Shown: positions 33,899-42,267, counted from the first letter of the stretch. The stretch is DNA of 47,496 bases from Candidatus Nomurabacteria bacterium (GCA_943354645.1 CALRCO010000001.1:1-47496), one strand, 5' to 3'. The notes: a model not told the origin generated them from the sequence alone. Program-made: numbers and translations.

Positions 33899-34324
33899 AT
33901 GAAAGCAGTACTCAAAAACTATCGCCAAGCTCCTCGAAAAGTCCGCATCGTTGCGGATCTTATTCGTGGCAAGCGCATCATTGATGCACAAATGGCACTT
34001 TCATTTCTCCCAAAGCGCGCATCAGATCCATTGCTTAAACTTCTCAATTCTGCGGTTGCAAATGCGGTCGCAAAAGATGTTGATATTGCAACGCTCGTAA
34101 TCAGCGAAATTCGCGTCGACAAAGGCGTGATCTTGAAGCGTATGATGCCACGCGCTCGCGGTTCATCTGCGCCAATTCACAAGCATTCTTCTCATGTTAT
34201 TTTGTCGCTCGCGGCAAAGGAAACAAAGAAAGAAAAGAGGGCAGCAGGATTGGCAAAGAAGGCTATGACAGTAGTAGAAAAGCCGAAAAAGGTCGCAAAG
34301 AAAAAAACTGCTCCGGCTGTTTAA
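33899..34324 (+). CDS. rplV: 50S ribosomal protein L22 (Lys-rich C-terminal extension)
   Basis: YRQAPRKVRIVADLIRGK, MPRARGSSAPIHKHSSH. Confidence 0.94.
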   Translation: MKAVLKNYRQAPRKVRIVADLIRGKRIIDAQMALSFLPKRASDPLLKLLNSAVANAVAKDVDIATLVISEIRVDKGVILKRMMPRARGSSAPIHKHSSHVILSLAAKETKKEKRAAGLAKKAMTVVEKPKKVAKKKTAPAV

Positions 34325-34325
34325 T

Positions 34326-34358
34326 CTATTTACTATTTACTACTACCTACTTACTAAC
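34326..34358 (+). repeat. Family A word array in reverse-complement orientation (CTATTTACTATTTACTACTACCTACTTACTAAC)
   Basis: Near reverse complement of the array at 5189-5218. Lies between rplV and rpsC. Confidence 0.75.
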
Positions 34359-34364
34359 ACATTT

Positions 34365-35042
34365 ATGTCAAAAATCGTTCACCCATATGCACATCGATTG
34401 GTAATCCTCCGAGACTGGAAGTCTCGCTGGTTTGCGCTTGATAAGCGATATCCAATTTTCTTGAAAGCGGACACGACTATCCGTGAATATTTGGAAAAGA
34501 AACTCCGCGGTTCATACATTTCGGGTATCGAAATTGAACGTACACAAAAATACTATCGTATCATTATCCGCACGTCACGTCCTGGTATGATTATTGGTCG
34601 TTCAGGTGATGCAATGATAAAACTCCGTGCAGAAATTGCAAAACTCATAAAATCTAAGAAACTCGAATTACCAGGTGAAATCAAAATCGACGTACTCGAA
34701 GTGCAGTCTCCAGAAGCAGATGCGCACATTGTTGGCTACATGATTGCAGAGTCTTTGGAAAAGCGCATGACGTTCCGTCGCGTGCTCAAACAAATGATTG
34801 AAAAAGTCATGGCAACTCGCGGTGTACTCGGTGCACGTATCGTGCTCGGTGGCCGTTTGGGAGGAGCTGAAATCGCGCGTTCAGAAGAAATCAAGCGTGG
34901 TTCTATTCCACTCCAGACATTCCGCGCAGATATCGACTTTGCTCGTGAAAAAGCGCATATGCCATACGGTGATATCGGTATCAAAGTATGGATTTACCGC
35001 GGTCAGGTTTTTTCAGATAAGAAATCAACAACTAACAAATAA
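34365..35042 (+). CDS. rpsC: 30S ribosomal protein S3
   Basis: KIVHPYAHRL, KH-domain GRSGD, GRLGGAEIARSE. Confidence 0.95.
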   Translation: MSKIVHPYAHRLVILRDWKSRWFALDKRYPIFLKADTTIREYLEKKLRGSYISGIEIERTQKYYRIIIRTSRPGMIIGRSGDAMIKLRAEIAKLIKSKKLELPGEIKIDVLEVQSPEADAHIVGYMIAESLEKRMTFRRVLKQMIEKVMATRGVLGARIVLGGRLGGAEIARSEEIKRGSIPLQTFRADIDFAREKAHMPYGDIGIKVWIYRGQVFSDKKSTTNK

Positions 35043-35045
35043 GCC

Positions 35046-35468
35046 ATGTTATCTCCAAAGAAAGTAAAACACCGAAAATGGCACAAGCACCGAGGCGACG
35101 TTACGACGATGTCTGCTGACACTCGTGGTACGCTTTTGGCATTCGGTTCATACGGATTGAAAGCGCAAAGTGCTGCTCGTATTAAATCAAATCAAATCGA
35201 AGCTGCGCGTAAAGCTATGGCGCACGGTCTTACAAAGACTGGCCGCACATGGACTCGTATTTTTCCAGACCGACCGATCACCTCAAAAGGCGGTGTCGTG
35301 GGTATGGGAAAGGGAAAGGGGGATTTGCAAGGATACTGTTTTGAAGTTCGCCCAGGTCGCATTATCTTCGAAATCGACGGTGTCGACGAAGCAGTGGCTC
35401 GTGAAGCACTCCGCAAGGCAGGTACTAAGCTTCCGGTCAAGACAAAAATAATCTCTCGAGAACTCTAA
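35046..35468 (+). CDS. rplP: 50S ribosomal protein L16
   Basis: MLSPKKVKHRKWHK, GKGKGDLQGYCFEVRPGRIIFEI. Confidence 0.95.
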   Translation: MLSPKKVKHRKWHKHRGDVTTMSADTRGTLLAFGSYGLKAQSAARIKSNQIEAARKAMAHGLTKTGRTWTRIFPDRPITSKGGVVGMGKGKGDLQGYCFEVRPGRIIFEIDGVDEAVAREALRKAGTKLPVKTKIISREL

Positions 35469-35513
35469 AAGCTAGACTTTTGTCCAGAAATACGTATAGT
35501 AAACTACACTCAT

Positions 35514-35774
35514 ATGCCAACAAAAAAGACAACAACCAAAGAAGAAGTAAAAGGCAAGACGCTCCAAGGCGTGGTTGTTTCTGACAAGATGGACAAAACT
35601 ATCGTTGTTGAAGTAAAGCGCTTCGTGAAGCACCCAAAGTACAAGAAGTACTACAACGTGACGAAGAAGTACAAGGCACACGATGAGACAAATATTCACA
35701 AAACAGGGGAAACAGTCACTATTCGTGAGACTCGACCGTTATCAAAAGATAAACACTTTGAAGTTATAAAGTAA
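35514..35774 (+). CDS. rpsQ: 30S ribosomal protein S17
   Basis: [27 protein letters not shown]. Confidence 0.93.
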   Translation: MPTKKTTTKEEVKGKTLQGVVVSDKMDKTIVVEVKRFVKHPKYKKYYNVTKKYKAHDETNIHKTGETVTIRETRPLSKDKHFEVIK

Positions 35775-35853
35775 TCAAGTCCATAAAGTTTATAAAGAAG
35801 AAAAACATAGAACACTTTCAACTTTATAACTTTAAAACCTTAAGAACTCATTT
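35761..35853 (+). repeat. Family B spacer, rpsQ-rplN (first word encodes the rpsQ C-terminus EVIK*)
   Basis: AAGTTATAAAGTAATCAAGTCCATAAAGTTTATAAAG ... ACTTTCAACTTTATAACTTTAAAACCTTAAGAACTCAT. Confidence 0.85.
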
Positions 35854-36231
35854 ATGTTACAACCACGATCAATCGTAAAAATCACAGACAATGCCGGCGG
35901 TAAAGTTGGCGCGGTGTTCAAGGTGCTTGGCGGTTCGAAAAAGCGCTACGCATTTATCGGTGACGTGGTCGTTATCTCTGTCAAAGTTGCAGAACCTCGC
36001 AAAGGCGTCAAGAAAAAGGATGTCCTCCGCGCTGTTGTTGTCCGCACTACCGATCCATACCGACGCAAGGATGGCTCATACATTCGTTTTGATGACAATG
36101 CGGTGGTAATCATCGGTAAAGCAAAGCAACGCTTCGAACCAATCGCGGGACGCGTGTTCGGCCCTATTCCTCGCGAAATCGGTGAAAAAGGATATCAGAA
36201 AATAATCTCGCTCGCACCGGAGGTGCTATAG
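35854..36231 (+). CDS. rplN: 50S ribosomal protein L14
   Basis: MLQPRSIVKITDNAGGK, IRFDDNAVVI. Confidence 0.95.
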   Translation: MLQPRSIVKITDNAGGKVGAVFKVLGGSKKRYAFIGDVVVISVKVAEPRKGVKKKDVLRAVVVRTTDPYRRKDGSYIRFDDNAVVIIGKAKQRFEPIAGRVFGPIPREIGEKGYQKIISLAPEVL

Positions 36232-36335
36232 CGAGAAGTAAGTAGGAAGTAGATAGTAGTTAGTAGGAATACAAAACACTGACTGCTGCCGACTCTCTAC
36301 TTACTACTTTCTACTAACTACTTACTAAACTACCT
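36232..36335 (+). repeat. Family A array plus its complement: about 30-nt imperfect inverted repeat spanning the rplN-rplX spacer
   Basis: Left arm 36235-36267 (AGTAAGTAGGAAGTAGATAGTAGTTAGTAGG). Centre contains ACAAAACAC. Right arm 36295-36326 (CTACTTACTACTTTCTACTAACTACTTAC). 26 of 30 positions are complementary by hand alignment. Confidence 0.8.
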
Positions 36336-36548
36336 ATGATTAAAAAAGATGACAACGTAATAGTGCGCATCGGCGCAAGTAAAGGCAAAAAGGGCAAAGT
36401 GCTCCGTGTCTTTCCTAAACTTGGTACCGCAATCGTAGAAGGCGTGAACATGAAAAAGCGTCACAAGCGCGCAGGTGCTCGCGGCGGCAAAGGTTCTATT
36501 GTTGAACTTTCAAGTCCTATCAGTATCGCTAACTTGAAGAAAGCGTAA
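36336..36548 (+). CDS. rplX: 50S ribosomal protein L24 (short, 70 aa)
   Basis: KOW motif KKDDNVIVRIGASKGKKGKV, EGVNMKKRH. Ends soon after PISIANL. Confidence 0.88.
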   Translation: MIKKDDNVIVRIGASKGKKGKVLRVFPKLGTAIVEGVNMKKRHKRAGARGGKGSIVELSSPISIANLKKA

Positions 36549-36565
36549 TCTTATTTTTACATATT

Positions 36566-37105
36566 ATGAAAACTGTTAAACAAAAAGAAAAAGAAGCATA
36601 TACCGCAATGAAAAGCGTGTTCGGCTACAAGAATCCACTTGCAGCGCCTCATTTGATGAAGGTAGTTATTGCCTCTGGTACCGGTACACTTTTGAAGAAA
36701 GACAAACACAAGAATGATTTCATTATTGAACGTCTTGCCAAGATCACTGGCCAACGTGCAGTCACCAAGCGCGCAAAGAAATCTATTGCGCAGTTCAAGC
36801 TCCGCCAAGGCGATCCTGTCGGTGTCATGGTAACCATCCGTGGTGCGCGCATGTACGGATTTTTGGATAAATATTTCAATGTTGCACTTCCTCGCACGAA
36901 AGACTTCCGTGGTGTTGATGCAAAGATTGTAGATAGTATGGGTAATGCAACAATCGCCGTCAAAGAGCACACTATTTTCCCAGAAACAGCTGATGAAGAA
37001 TTGAAAGATGTATTCGGTTTTGCTATGACTATCGTTACAAGTGCAAAAACAAAAGAAGAAGCAAAAATGTTTTTGGAACTCATTGGAATACCGTTTAAGA
37101 AGTAA
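36566..37105 (+). CDS. rplE: 50S ribosomal protein L5
   Basis: GQRAVTKRAKKSIAQFKLRQGDPVGVMVTIRG, LPRTKDFRGV. Confidence 0.95.
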   Translation: MKTVKQKEKEAYTAMKSVFGYKNPLAAPHLMKVVIASGTGTLLKKDKHKNDFIIERLAKITGQRAVTKRAKKSIAQFKLRQGDPVGVMVTIRGARMYGFLDKYFNVALPRTKDFRGVDAKIVDSMGNATIAVKEHTIFPETADEELKDVFGFAMTIVTSAKTKEEAKMFLELIGIPFKK

Positions 37106-37120
37106 TACAAGATTCTAGTA

Positions 37121-37167
37121 ACAAAAAGAAAAGAAAGTTGGCTTTGCCAACTTTCTTTTCTTTTTGT
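37121..37167 (+). terminator. GGC-TTY-GCC-apex hairpin after rplE
   Basis: 22-bp perfect stem ACAAAAAGAAAAGAAAGTTGGC-TTT-GCCAACTTTCTTTTCTTTTTGT. Confidence 0.8.
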
Positions 37168-37200
37168 TATGCCGGACTTGATCCGGTATCCAGGCTAAAA
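37166..37200 (+). repeat. Truncated (left-half) copy of the three-hairpin element
   Basis: GTTAT-GCCGGA-CTTGA-TCCGGT-ATCCAGGCTAAAA aligns with GTGTCGT-CCCGA-TGAAAA-TCGGG-ATCCAGGCTAAAT of 45463-45500. The hairpin arms covary. Confidence 0.65.
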
Positions 37201-37259
37201 TATACAAAATCCATTGAGTTTTTTATTTTTAACAAATAGTTTATACTTAAAAAATAAAT

Positions 37260-38672
37260 ATGACAGATAAAGAAATTATTGAGAAAATCAAATACGGAAT
37301 GGGTCTTTCGACAGAACTTTCAGATCTTGAATTTAAGACAGCGCAAGATCATATACCCAGTGATATTTGGAGAACTATTTCAGCCTTTGCAAATCGTCGA
37401 GGCGGGGGACTTGTTGTTTTTGGAGTAAATCAAGATAAAAACGCAATTACGGGATGTAATAACCTTGATCATATGCAAACAAAATTAACTGAGATTTTTA
37501 ATGATAAAATGAGTTTTATTTTACGTCCAGAATATCATGTTATTAATTATGGAGATAAAACGATTCTAGCTGTTTATATACCAGAATGTCCAAAAGATTA
37601 TATGCCTTGTTATTTTAAATCCGTTGGATTACCAAACGGTGCTTATATACGAGAAGGAAATACAACTAGAAAAATTACAGACAATGAATTCAGGACGTAT
37701 GTTGCAACGTCTAAAGAATTTCAATTCGATCTTTCTGAAGCAAGAAACACTGAAAAGGATGAGATTTCTGAAGAAAAAGTAACTTACCTACTTGAACATA
37801 GTGAAAATCAGCTTAAAAGAGGTGCAATACCAGAAGTATCTGATGCGGTACTTGAAAATTTGGGAATAATTGCTTTATTTGATAATGAATACAAACCAAC
37901 TGTCGGTGGTTATTTAGTTTTTGCAAAAGATATTCCACAAAATAAAAATCAGTATGATAGATATGCTGTACGTTGTATTCGTTTTGCAGGGAGTGATCCA
38001 TCTGATGAAATTATTGATTCACTGGACATTAAAGGGACACTCGATACTCAAATTGATGAAGCATATAAGTTTGTTTTAAAAAATATTGGCAAACAGGCGA
38101 AAATTATTGGAACAAAGAGGATTGAACAATATGAATATCCAGAAGCTGCAATTCGAGAGCTTATAGCCAATGCTGTTATTCATCGTGATTACAAAATTAT
38201 TGAAACTTATACACAAATAAAGATTTTTAACGATCGTATAGAAATAGTAAATCCTGGGTCCCTCCCACCAGGAGTAACTGTTGATAATATTAAAGATGCT
38301 CAGTTTAGTCGTAATTCCATGATCGCGGCTCGGTTAAGAGACCTTCAATATCTCGAAGAGTATGGTAGAGGTATTGATATTGTTGTACGAGAAATGGAAA
38401 AATGGGAATTACCCGCTCCTCTTTTTAGAAATTCGGTTAATAGTTTTGAAGCCATTTTACTTGGAAGAAATTATCGCGATATCAATGATCGTCAAATGAA
38501 AATTATTGACGCGCTACTTATTAAAGGGAAACTCACTATTCAAGATTGTCAAAAAATTTTACGCGGTACACCACGAGGTACCATTAATGCTGATCTCAAG
38601 AAATTAAAAGATCTTGGTGTTTTAGTGCCAAACGGTGCTTCAGTGAACATTTACTACACACTTGCTTTCTAG
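37260..38672 (+). CDS. AlbA_2 (Schlafen-like) + HATPase_c_4 + C-terminal wHTH protein (often annotated as putative transcriptional regulator or RecG-like)
   Basis: N-terminal LEFKTAQ..ISAFANRRGGGLVVFGV. Central RELIANAVIHRDY..IKIFNDRIEIVNPGSL. C-terminal HTH-like KLTIQDCQKIL. Visibly more A/T-rich than the flanking r-protein genes. Confidence 0.8.
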   Translation: MTDKEIIEKIKYGMGLSTELSDLEFKTAQDHIPSDIWRTISAFANRRGGGLVVFGVNQDKNAITGCNNLDHMQTKLTEIFNDKMSFILRPEYHVINYGDKTILAVYIPECPKDYMPCYFKSVGLPNGAYIREGNTTRKITDNEFRTYVATSKEFQFDLSEARNTEKDEISEEKVTYLLEHSENQLKRGAIPEVSDAVLENLGIIALFDNEYKPTVGGYLVFAKDIPQNKNQYDRYAVRCIRFAGSDPSDEIIDSLDIKGTLDTQIDEAYKFVLKNIGKQAKIIGTKRIEQYEYPEAAIRELIANAVIHRDYKIIETYTQIKIFNDRIEIVNPGSLPPGVTVDNIKDAQFSRNSMIAARLRDLQYLEEYGRGIDIVVREMEKWELPAPLFRNSVNSFEAILLGRNYRDINDRQMKIIDALLIKGKLTIQDCQKILRGTPRGTINADLKKLKDLGVLVPNGASVNIYYTLAF

Positions 38673-38758
38673 AGGCTTTTAGAGACAATCGAAAAATTCA
38701 TTGAAAAATAAGGTTTAAATACATCTTTTTATAAAGAAAAAATCTAGAGGCTTTTAGA
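38668..38758 (+). repeat. 16-nt direct repeat TCTAGAGGCTTTTAGA (38668-38683 and 38743-38758)
   Basis: The first copy contains the stop codon of the AlbA_2 gene. The second lies just upstream of the promoter of the next gene. Confidence 0.8.
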
Positions 38759-38794
38759 CAAGGTTTATGAATTTTAATTTTCATAGTTTTATTG

Positions 38795-38800
38795 TATACT
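38795..38800 (+). promoter_or_regulatory. -10 box TATACT, 6 nt upstream of ATG 38807
   Basis: Sequence and spacing only. Confidence 0.45.
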
Positions 38801-38806
38801 GCAAAA

Positions 38807-39481
38807 ATGAAAAATCATCTTGTGAAAATATTGATCGCAGTCATTGTCATTTTGTTGGCGGTCCTTATTGCATTCTATTTTGCTACACATAAAAAATTAA
38901 CCGAAACAAATTCTATTTCCCTTGGTTCTGATTCTACCAGTATTTCAGATACAAATGTTCCTATTGTAAATAACTCTAAACTTGTTACTACTTCATCTGT
39001 TATAAAACAAACAATGCCAACCCCTGTTGATATTTGTTCAAATATCGAAGGTGTGCAAACTTCTGTTCCGGCAGGAATGGCTGATGTTGAAGGGACTTGT
39101 GTTACTCAAGAGGAAATATCTTCAACTCCCAGTTCGCAACAGGATGAGTTTGATACAGAATTAATTTATAAAGAACCAGGAGAATATTCCGCGACTAACC
39201 CTTATGAGTTTGAATTTGTGGTAATTGGTGATGATTGGCAGAAAGCTGATTTTACAGTGACTCGAGGTAGTACTTTTATCAAAAAAGTTACTATTTATAG
39301 TAAAGCAGCATTACAACATGGATTACCAAGTACAGGAAAAACAATATCGAATAAATATCGGGATGGTTTTTCTCAACCAGGACATTATTTTATATTTGCG
39401 CAAGTTTCTGGAGGGGAATATGTAAGTGGAAAATCGATAAGTGAGGAATATACAATAATAGTTCCTAGTTCAATGAATTAG
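38807..39481 (+). CDS. Membrane-anchored hypothetical protein
   Basis: MKNHLVKILIAVIVILLAVLIAFYF anchor. ATG 38807 is 6 nt after TATACT (38795-38800). The TTG 38792 of the ORF track lies inside the promoter. Confidence 0.5.
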   Translation: MKNHLVKILIAVIVILLAVLIAFYFATHKKLTETNSISLGSDSTSISDTNVPIVNNSKLVTTSSVIKQTMPTPVDICSNIEGVQTSVPAGMADVEGTCVTQEEISSTPSSQQDEFDTELIYKEPGEYSATNPYEFEFVVIGDDWQKADFTVTRGSTFIKKVTIYSKAALQHGLPSTGKTISNKYRDGFSQPGHYFIFAQVSGGEYVSGKSISEEYTIIVPSSMN

Positions 39482-39526
39482 ATAAGTGCTATACTATACT
39501 TATTACTCCTTAACCTCTTAAATTCT

Positions 39527-39775
39527 ATGCAATCAAAATCAGGACTTATTATTGTAGCTATTATCGTACTCGCGATCGCGGGCTATTTCATTTGGAAGAA
39601 TGGCGGCAATCGTAACGCTGGCCAAGCAGGACAAGTCTATGACAATACGGCGCAGTCTGGTTCGAGTGTAAATCCACCAGGTACGACAACGGGTGCTGGC
39701 GGTATGATCGTTGCACCAAAACCTACTGGTGACACAACACTACCAGATTATTATTACGATACATCCGGTAAATAA
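39527..39775 (+). CDS. Small membrane-anchored protein (anchor module only)
   Basis: IIVAIIVLAIAGYFIWKNGGNRNAGQAGQV is homologous to the N-terminal anchors of 31048 and 32357. Terminator at 39784-39823. Confidence 0.5.
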   Translation: MQSKSGLIIVAIIVLAIAGYFIWKNGGNRNAGQAGQVYDNTAQSGSSVNPPGTTTGAGGMIVAPKPTGDTTLPDYYYDTSGK

Positions 39776-39783
39776 TTTTACTC

Positions 39784-39823
39784 AAATAGCATAAAATCCC
39801 CGAAAGGGGATTTTATGCTATTT
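39784..39823 (+). terminator. Terminator after the 39527 gene
   Basis: AAATAGCATAAAATCCCC-GAAA-GGGGATTTTATGCTATTT (GNRA loop). Confidence 0.8.
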
Positions 39824-39825
39824 GT

Positions 39826-39853
39826 TTGACAAATTAAAGGCGAACTGTATGAT
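39826..39853 (+). promoter_or_regulatory. Promoter TTGACA-16-TATGAT for the 39878 gene
   Basis: Consensus -35 directly after terminator 39784-39823. Confidence 0.6.
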
Positions 39854-39877
39854 GAGGAAAATTTAAAACTCAACAAC

Positions 39878-40456
39878 ATGGAAACAATCAAAATAATCTT
39901 TGCTATTGCTTGGTTTGCAATAATTGGGTTACTACTCATTTATTTTTCCCTCAAAAAGAAAAAACGAAGAAATGCATATTCAGTGGGTTTTATTGAACAT
40001 GACCACAAAGAACAGCACATCGCATTCGTTCTCGGCATTCTAAAAGTAGGATACACAGGCAACAAAGTGAAAGAACTAGAAGACCTCTATCGAGGATGGC
40101 TTGCAAAGCTGACTGATATTCGGGAGAAAGCATCTATTGCTGCAAAGAATACATATCTTAAGCTTGTTGATACTAATGACTATCGATTAGAAGGAAAGAT
40201 TATGTATGATGAACCTGAAACGATTGAAGGATACACAGTTGTTAAAGATTGCTTTTCTGAACCCTTTCCCTCATTGCACGATATGGATGATTGGGCACTT
40301 GGCATAAAGTTTACCGAACTTTCGACACTTCTTGCCATGACGGAAGAACAAAAGAAAGCAAGTATCTTATACATCAAAAAACACTTTGTAAATCACAAAA
40401 TGACACGGGCTATTTTCAATTTTGACCTCTATGTTCCCAAAGAGGTAATGGTTTGA
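39878..40456 (+). CDS. Membrane-anchored hypothetical protein
   Basis: N-terminal TM IIFAIAWFAIIGLLLIYF followed by KKKKRR. Promoter 39826-39853 and terminator 40464-40494. Confidence 0.5.
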   Translation: METIKIIFAIAWFAIIGLLLIYFSLKKKKRRNAYSVGFIEHDHKEQHIAFVLGILKVGYTGNKVKELEDLYRGWLAKLTDIREKASIAAKNTYLKLVDTNDYRLEGKIMYDEPETIEGYTVVKDCFSEPFPSLHDMDDWALGIKFTELSTLLAMTEEQKKASILYIKKHFVNHKMTRAIFNFDLYVPKEVMV

Positions 40457-40463
40457 CTTATCT

Positions 40464-40494
40464 AAAGGCTTCTGCTACACTAGCGGAAGCCTTT
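40464..40494 (+). terminator. Terminator after the 39878 gene
   Basis: AAAGGCTTCTGCTA-CAC-TAGCGGAAGCCTTT followed by TCATTTT. Confidence 0.75.
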
Positions 40495-40601
40495 TCATTT
40501 TGAGTAATCCGTCGTTCTCCTTGAGCGTCCCCTGAAATTCTTGGGGCTTTCAAGAAAAATGACGAGATATTCTCAAGAAACAACAAGGCATTTTTACCCC
40601 T

Positions 40602-40787
40602 ATGGCAAAAACATCAACCGTCGTCCGATCACAAAAGCCTCCTAAATTCTCTACTCGAGCTAAAAATCGATGTTTTCGATGTGGCCGCGGTCGAGGGTTT
40701 ATGCGTGATTTCGGTATCTGCCGTATCTGCTTCCGTGAACTCGCGAACGAAGGTATGATCCCGGGTATCCGCAAATCGAGCTGGTAG
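40602..40787 (+). CDS. rpsN: 30S ribosomal protein S14, zinc-binding type Z
   Basis: 61 aa, CFRCGRGRG....CRICFRELA (CxxC-x12-CxxC). Confidence 0.93.
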   Translation: MAKTSTVVRSQKPPKFSTRAKNRCFRCGRGRGFMRDFGICRICFRELANEGMIPGIRKSSW

Positions 40788-40902
40788 GACGAGTTATCAA
40801 GTTATAAAGTTGAATGTTATAAAGAAAACAAATAACGCAACAAACTTGATACATCTTAGACTTTATAACTTTATGAACTTGATAAACTTTTAACTTAAAC
40901 CA
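40788..40902 (+). repeat. Family B spacer, rpsN-rpsH
   Basis: GAGTTATCAAGTTATAAAGTTGAATGTTATAAAG ... ACTTTATAACTTTATGAACTTGATAAACTTTTAACTT. Confidence 0.85.
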
Positions 40903-41292
40903 ATGTATCCTCTCTCAGACATGTTAATCAAAATAAAGAACGCTAGCATCGCGACTCACGCGAGTGTTACCGTTCCTGCATCAAAAATGAAGGCAGCAGT
41001 GCTTGCATGTTTGAAAAAAGAAGGCTTCGTTGGTGGTATTACAGAAAAGTCAGTCAAAGGGCATCCTGTGCTTGAAGTTGTCCTTGCATACAATGCAGAC
41101 GGTACTCCAAAAGTATCTTCAGTTACCTGTATCTCAAAGCCATCACGACGTATGTACATGGGTGTTAAAGAAATTCGCTTGGTGAAAAACGGTATGGGAC
41201 TTGCTGTCCTTTCAACACCAAAGGGAATTCTTTCAGGACGAGAGGCTCGCAAAGAGCAGGTCGGCGGTGAAATTTTATGTAATATCTGGTAA
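40903..41292 (+). CDS. rpsH: 30S ribosomal protein S8
   Basis: SDMLIKIKNA, GLAVLSTPKGILSGREARKEQVGGEILC. Confidence 0.94.
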   Translation: MYPLSDMLIKIKNASIATHASVTVPASKMKAAVLACLKKEGFVGGITEKSVKGHPVLEVVLAYNADGTPKVSSVTCISKPSRRMYMGVKEIRLVKNGMGLAVLSTPKGILSGREARKEQVGGEILCNIW

Positions 41293-41302
41293 TCAAATTT
41301 AT

Positions 41303-41836
41303 ATGTCACGTATAGGAAAACAACAACTCATCATCCCCGCAGGCACAACCGCAACTTTGAACAACGGTCTTCTTACTGTTGTCGGTCCGAAAGGCACGCT
41401 CACGCGCAATTTCAATGACACGATCACTATTACGATCGCAGACAACATGATTACATTTCTTCCAAAAGAAGAAAATCCACAATCACTCGCACTCTGGGGT
41501 ACCTACGCATCGCATGTCAAAAACATGTTGGATGGCGTAAACACCCCATACACCAAAAAACTTATTCTTGAAGGAGTCGGTTTTAAAAGTGAAGTCAAAG
41601 GTACAAACCTTGATCTCGCACTTGGCTTTTCTCACCCAGTAAGCATCCCCGTTCCAACAGGATTGACCGTCACTGCAGAAAAAAACAACATCACCGTTAC
41701 TGGTATCGACAAAGAAGTAGTTGGTAGCTTTACCGCAATGGTACGTGCACTCAAAAAGCCAGAACCATACAAAGGTAAAGGATTCCGCTACGATACTGAA
41801 GTTATCAGACGCAAGCAAGGTAAGAAGGCAGCATAA
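41303..41836 (+). CDS. rplF: 50S ribosomal protein L6
   Basis: MSRIGKQQLIIPAG, KPEPYKGKGFRY. Start trimmed to ATG 41303. Confidence 0.94.
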   Translation: MSRIGKQQLIIPAGTTATLNNGLLTVVGPKGTLTRNFNDTITITIADNMITFLPKEENPQSLALWGTYASHVKNMLDGVNTPYTKKLILEGVGFKSEVKGTNLDLALGFSHPVSIPVPTGLTVTAEKNNITVTGIDKEVVGSFTAMVRALKKPEPYKGKGFRYDTEVIRRKQGKKAA

Positions 41837-41914
41837 CGAAGGAGTATACGGTATAAAGTATTGAGTATAGAGCTCCATACTAAATACCAAATACTGAATA
41901 CTAAACATAAATTT
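41837..41914 (+). repeat. GTATAAAGTATTGAGTATAG / CATACTAAATACCAAATACTGAATACT inverted-repeat spacer (rplF-rplR)
   Basis: Imperfect palindrome centred on GAGCTC (41868-41873). About 23 of 30 positions are complementary by hand alignment. Confidence 0.6.
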
Positions 41915-42256
41915 ATGACAACAAAAATCGACAAAAGAATAAGATTGAAAGCAAAAATAAGATCAAAAGTCTCTGGTACTTCAGAGCGCCCACGTTTTTC
42001 TGTATTTCGTTCAAACAAATTTATCTACGCGCAATTGATCGACGATACAACAGGTACAACACTTTTATCTGCTTCTGATGCAAAAGCAAAGAAGGGGACC
42101 AAGCGCGAACGTGCAGAACAAGTCGGCGCAGAACTCGCAAAGAAAGCGCAAGAGAAAAAAATCACGACAGTTGTGTTTGATCGCAATGGATTCAAATACA
42201 CAGGTCGCATCCAAGTATTAGCAGATGCTGCACGAGCTGCAGGACTTACATTTTAA
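41915..42256 (+). CDS. rplR: 50S ribosomal protein L18
   Basis: [40 protein letters not shown]. Start trimmed to ATG 41915. Confidence 0.94.
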   Translation: MTTKIDKRIRLKAKIRSKVSGTSERPRFSVFRSNKFIYAQLIDDTTGTTLLSASDAKAKKGTKRERAEQVGAELAKKAQEKKITTVVFDRNGFKYTGRIQVLADAARAAGLTF

Positions 42257-42267
42257 TTACTAAACAT

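Noticed and set aside
41838-41843. AAGGAG (also at 25682-25687 and GAGGA at 39854-39858) as Shine-Dalgarno sites.
   Set aside because: They lie 17-70 nt from the nearest plausible start codon, too far to function as SD.
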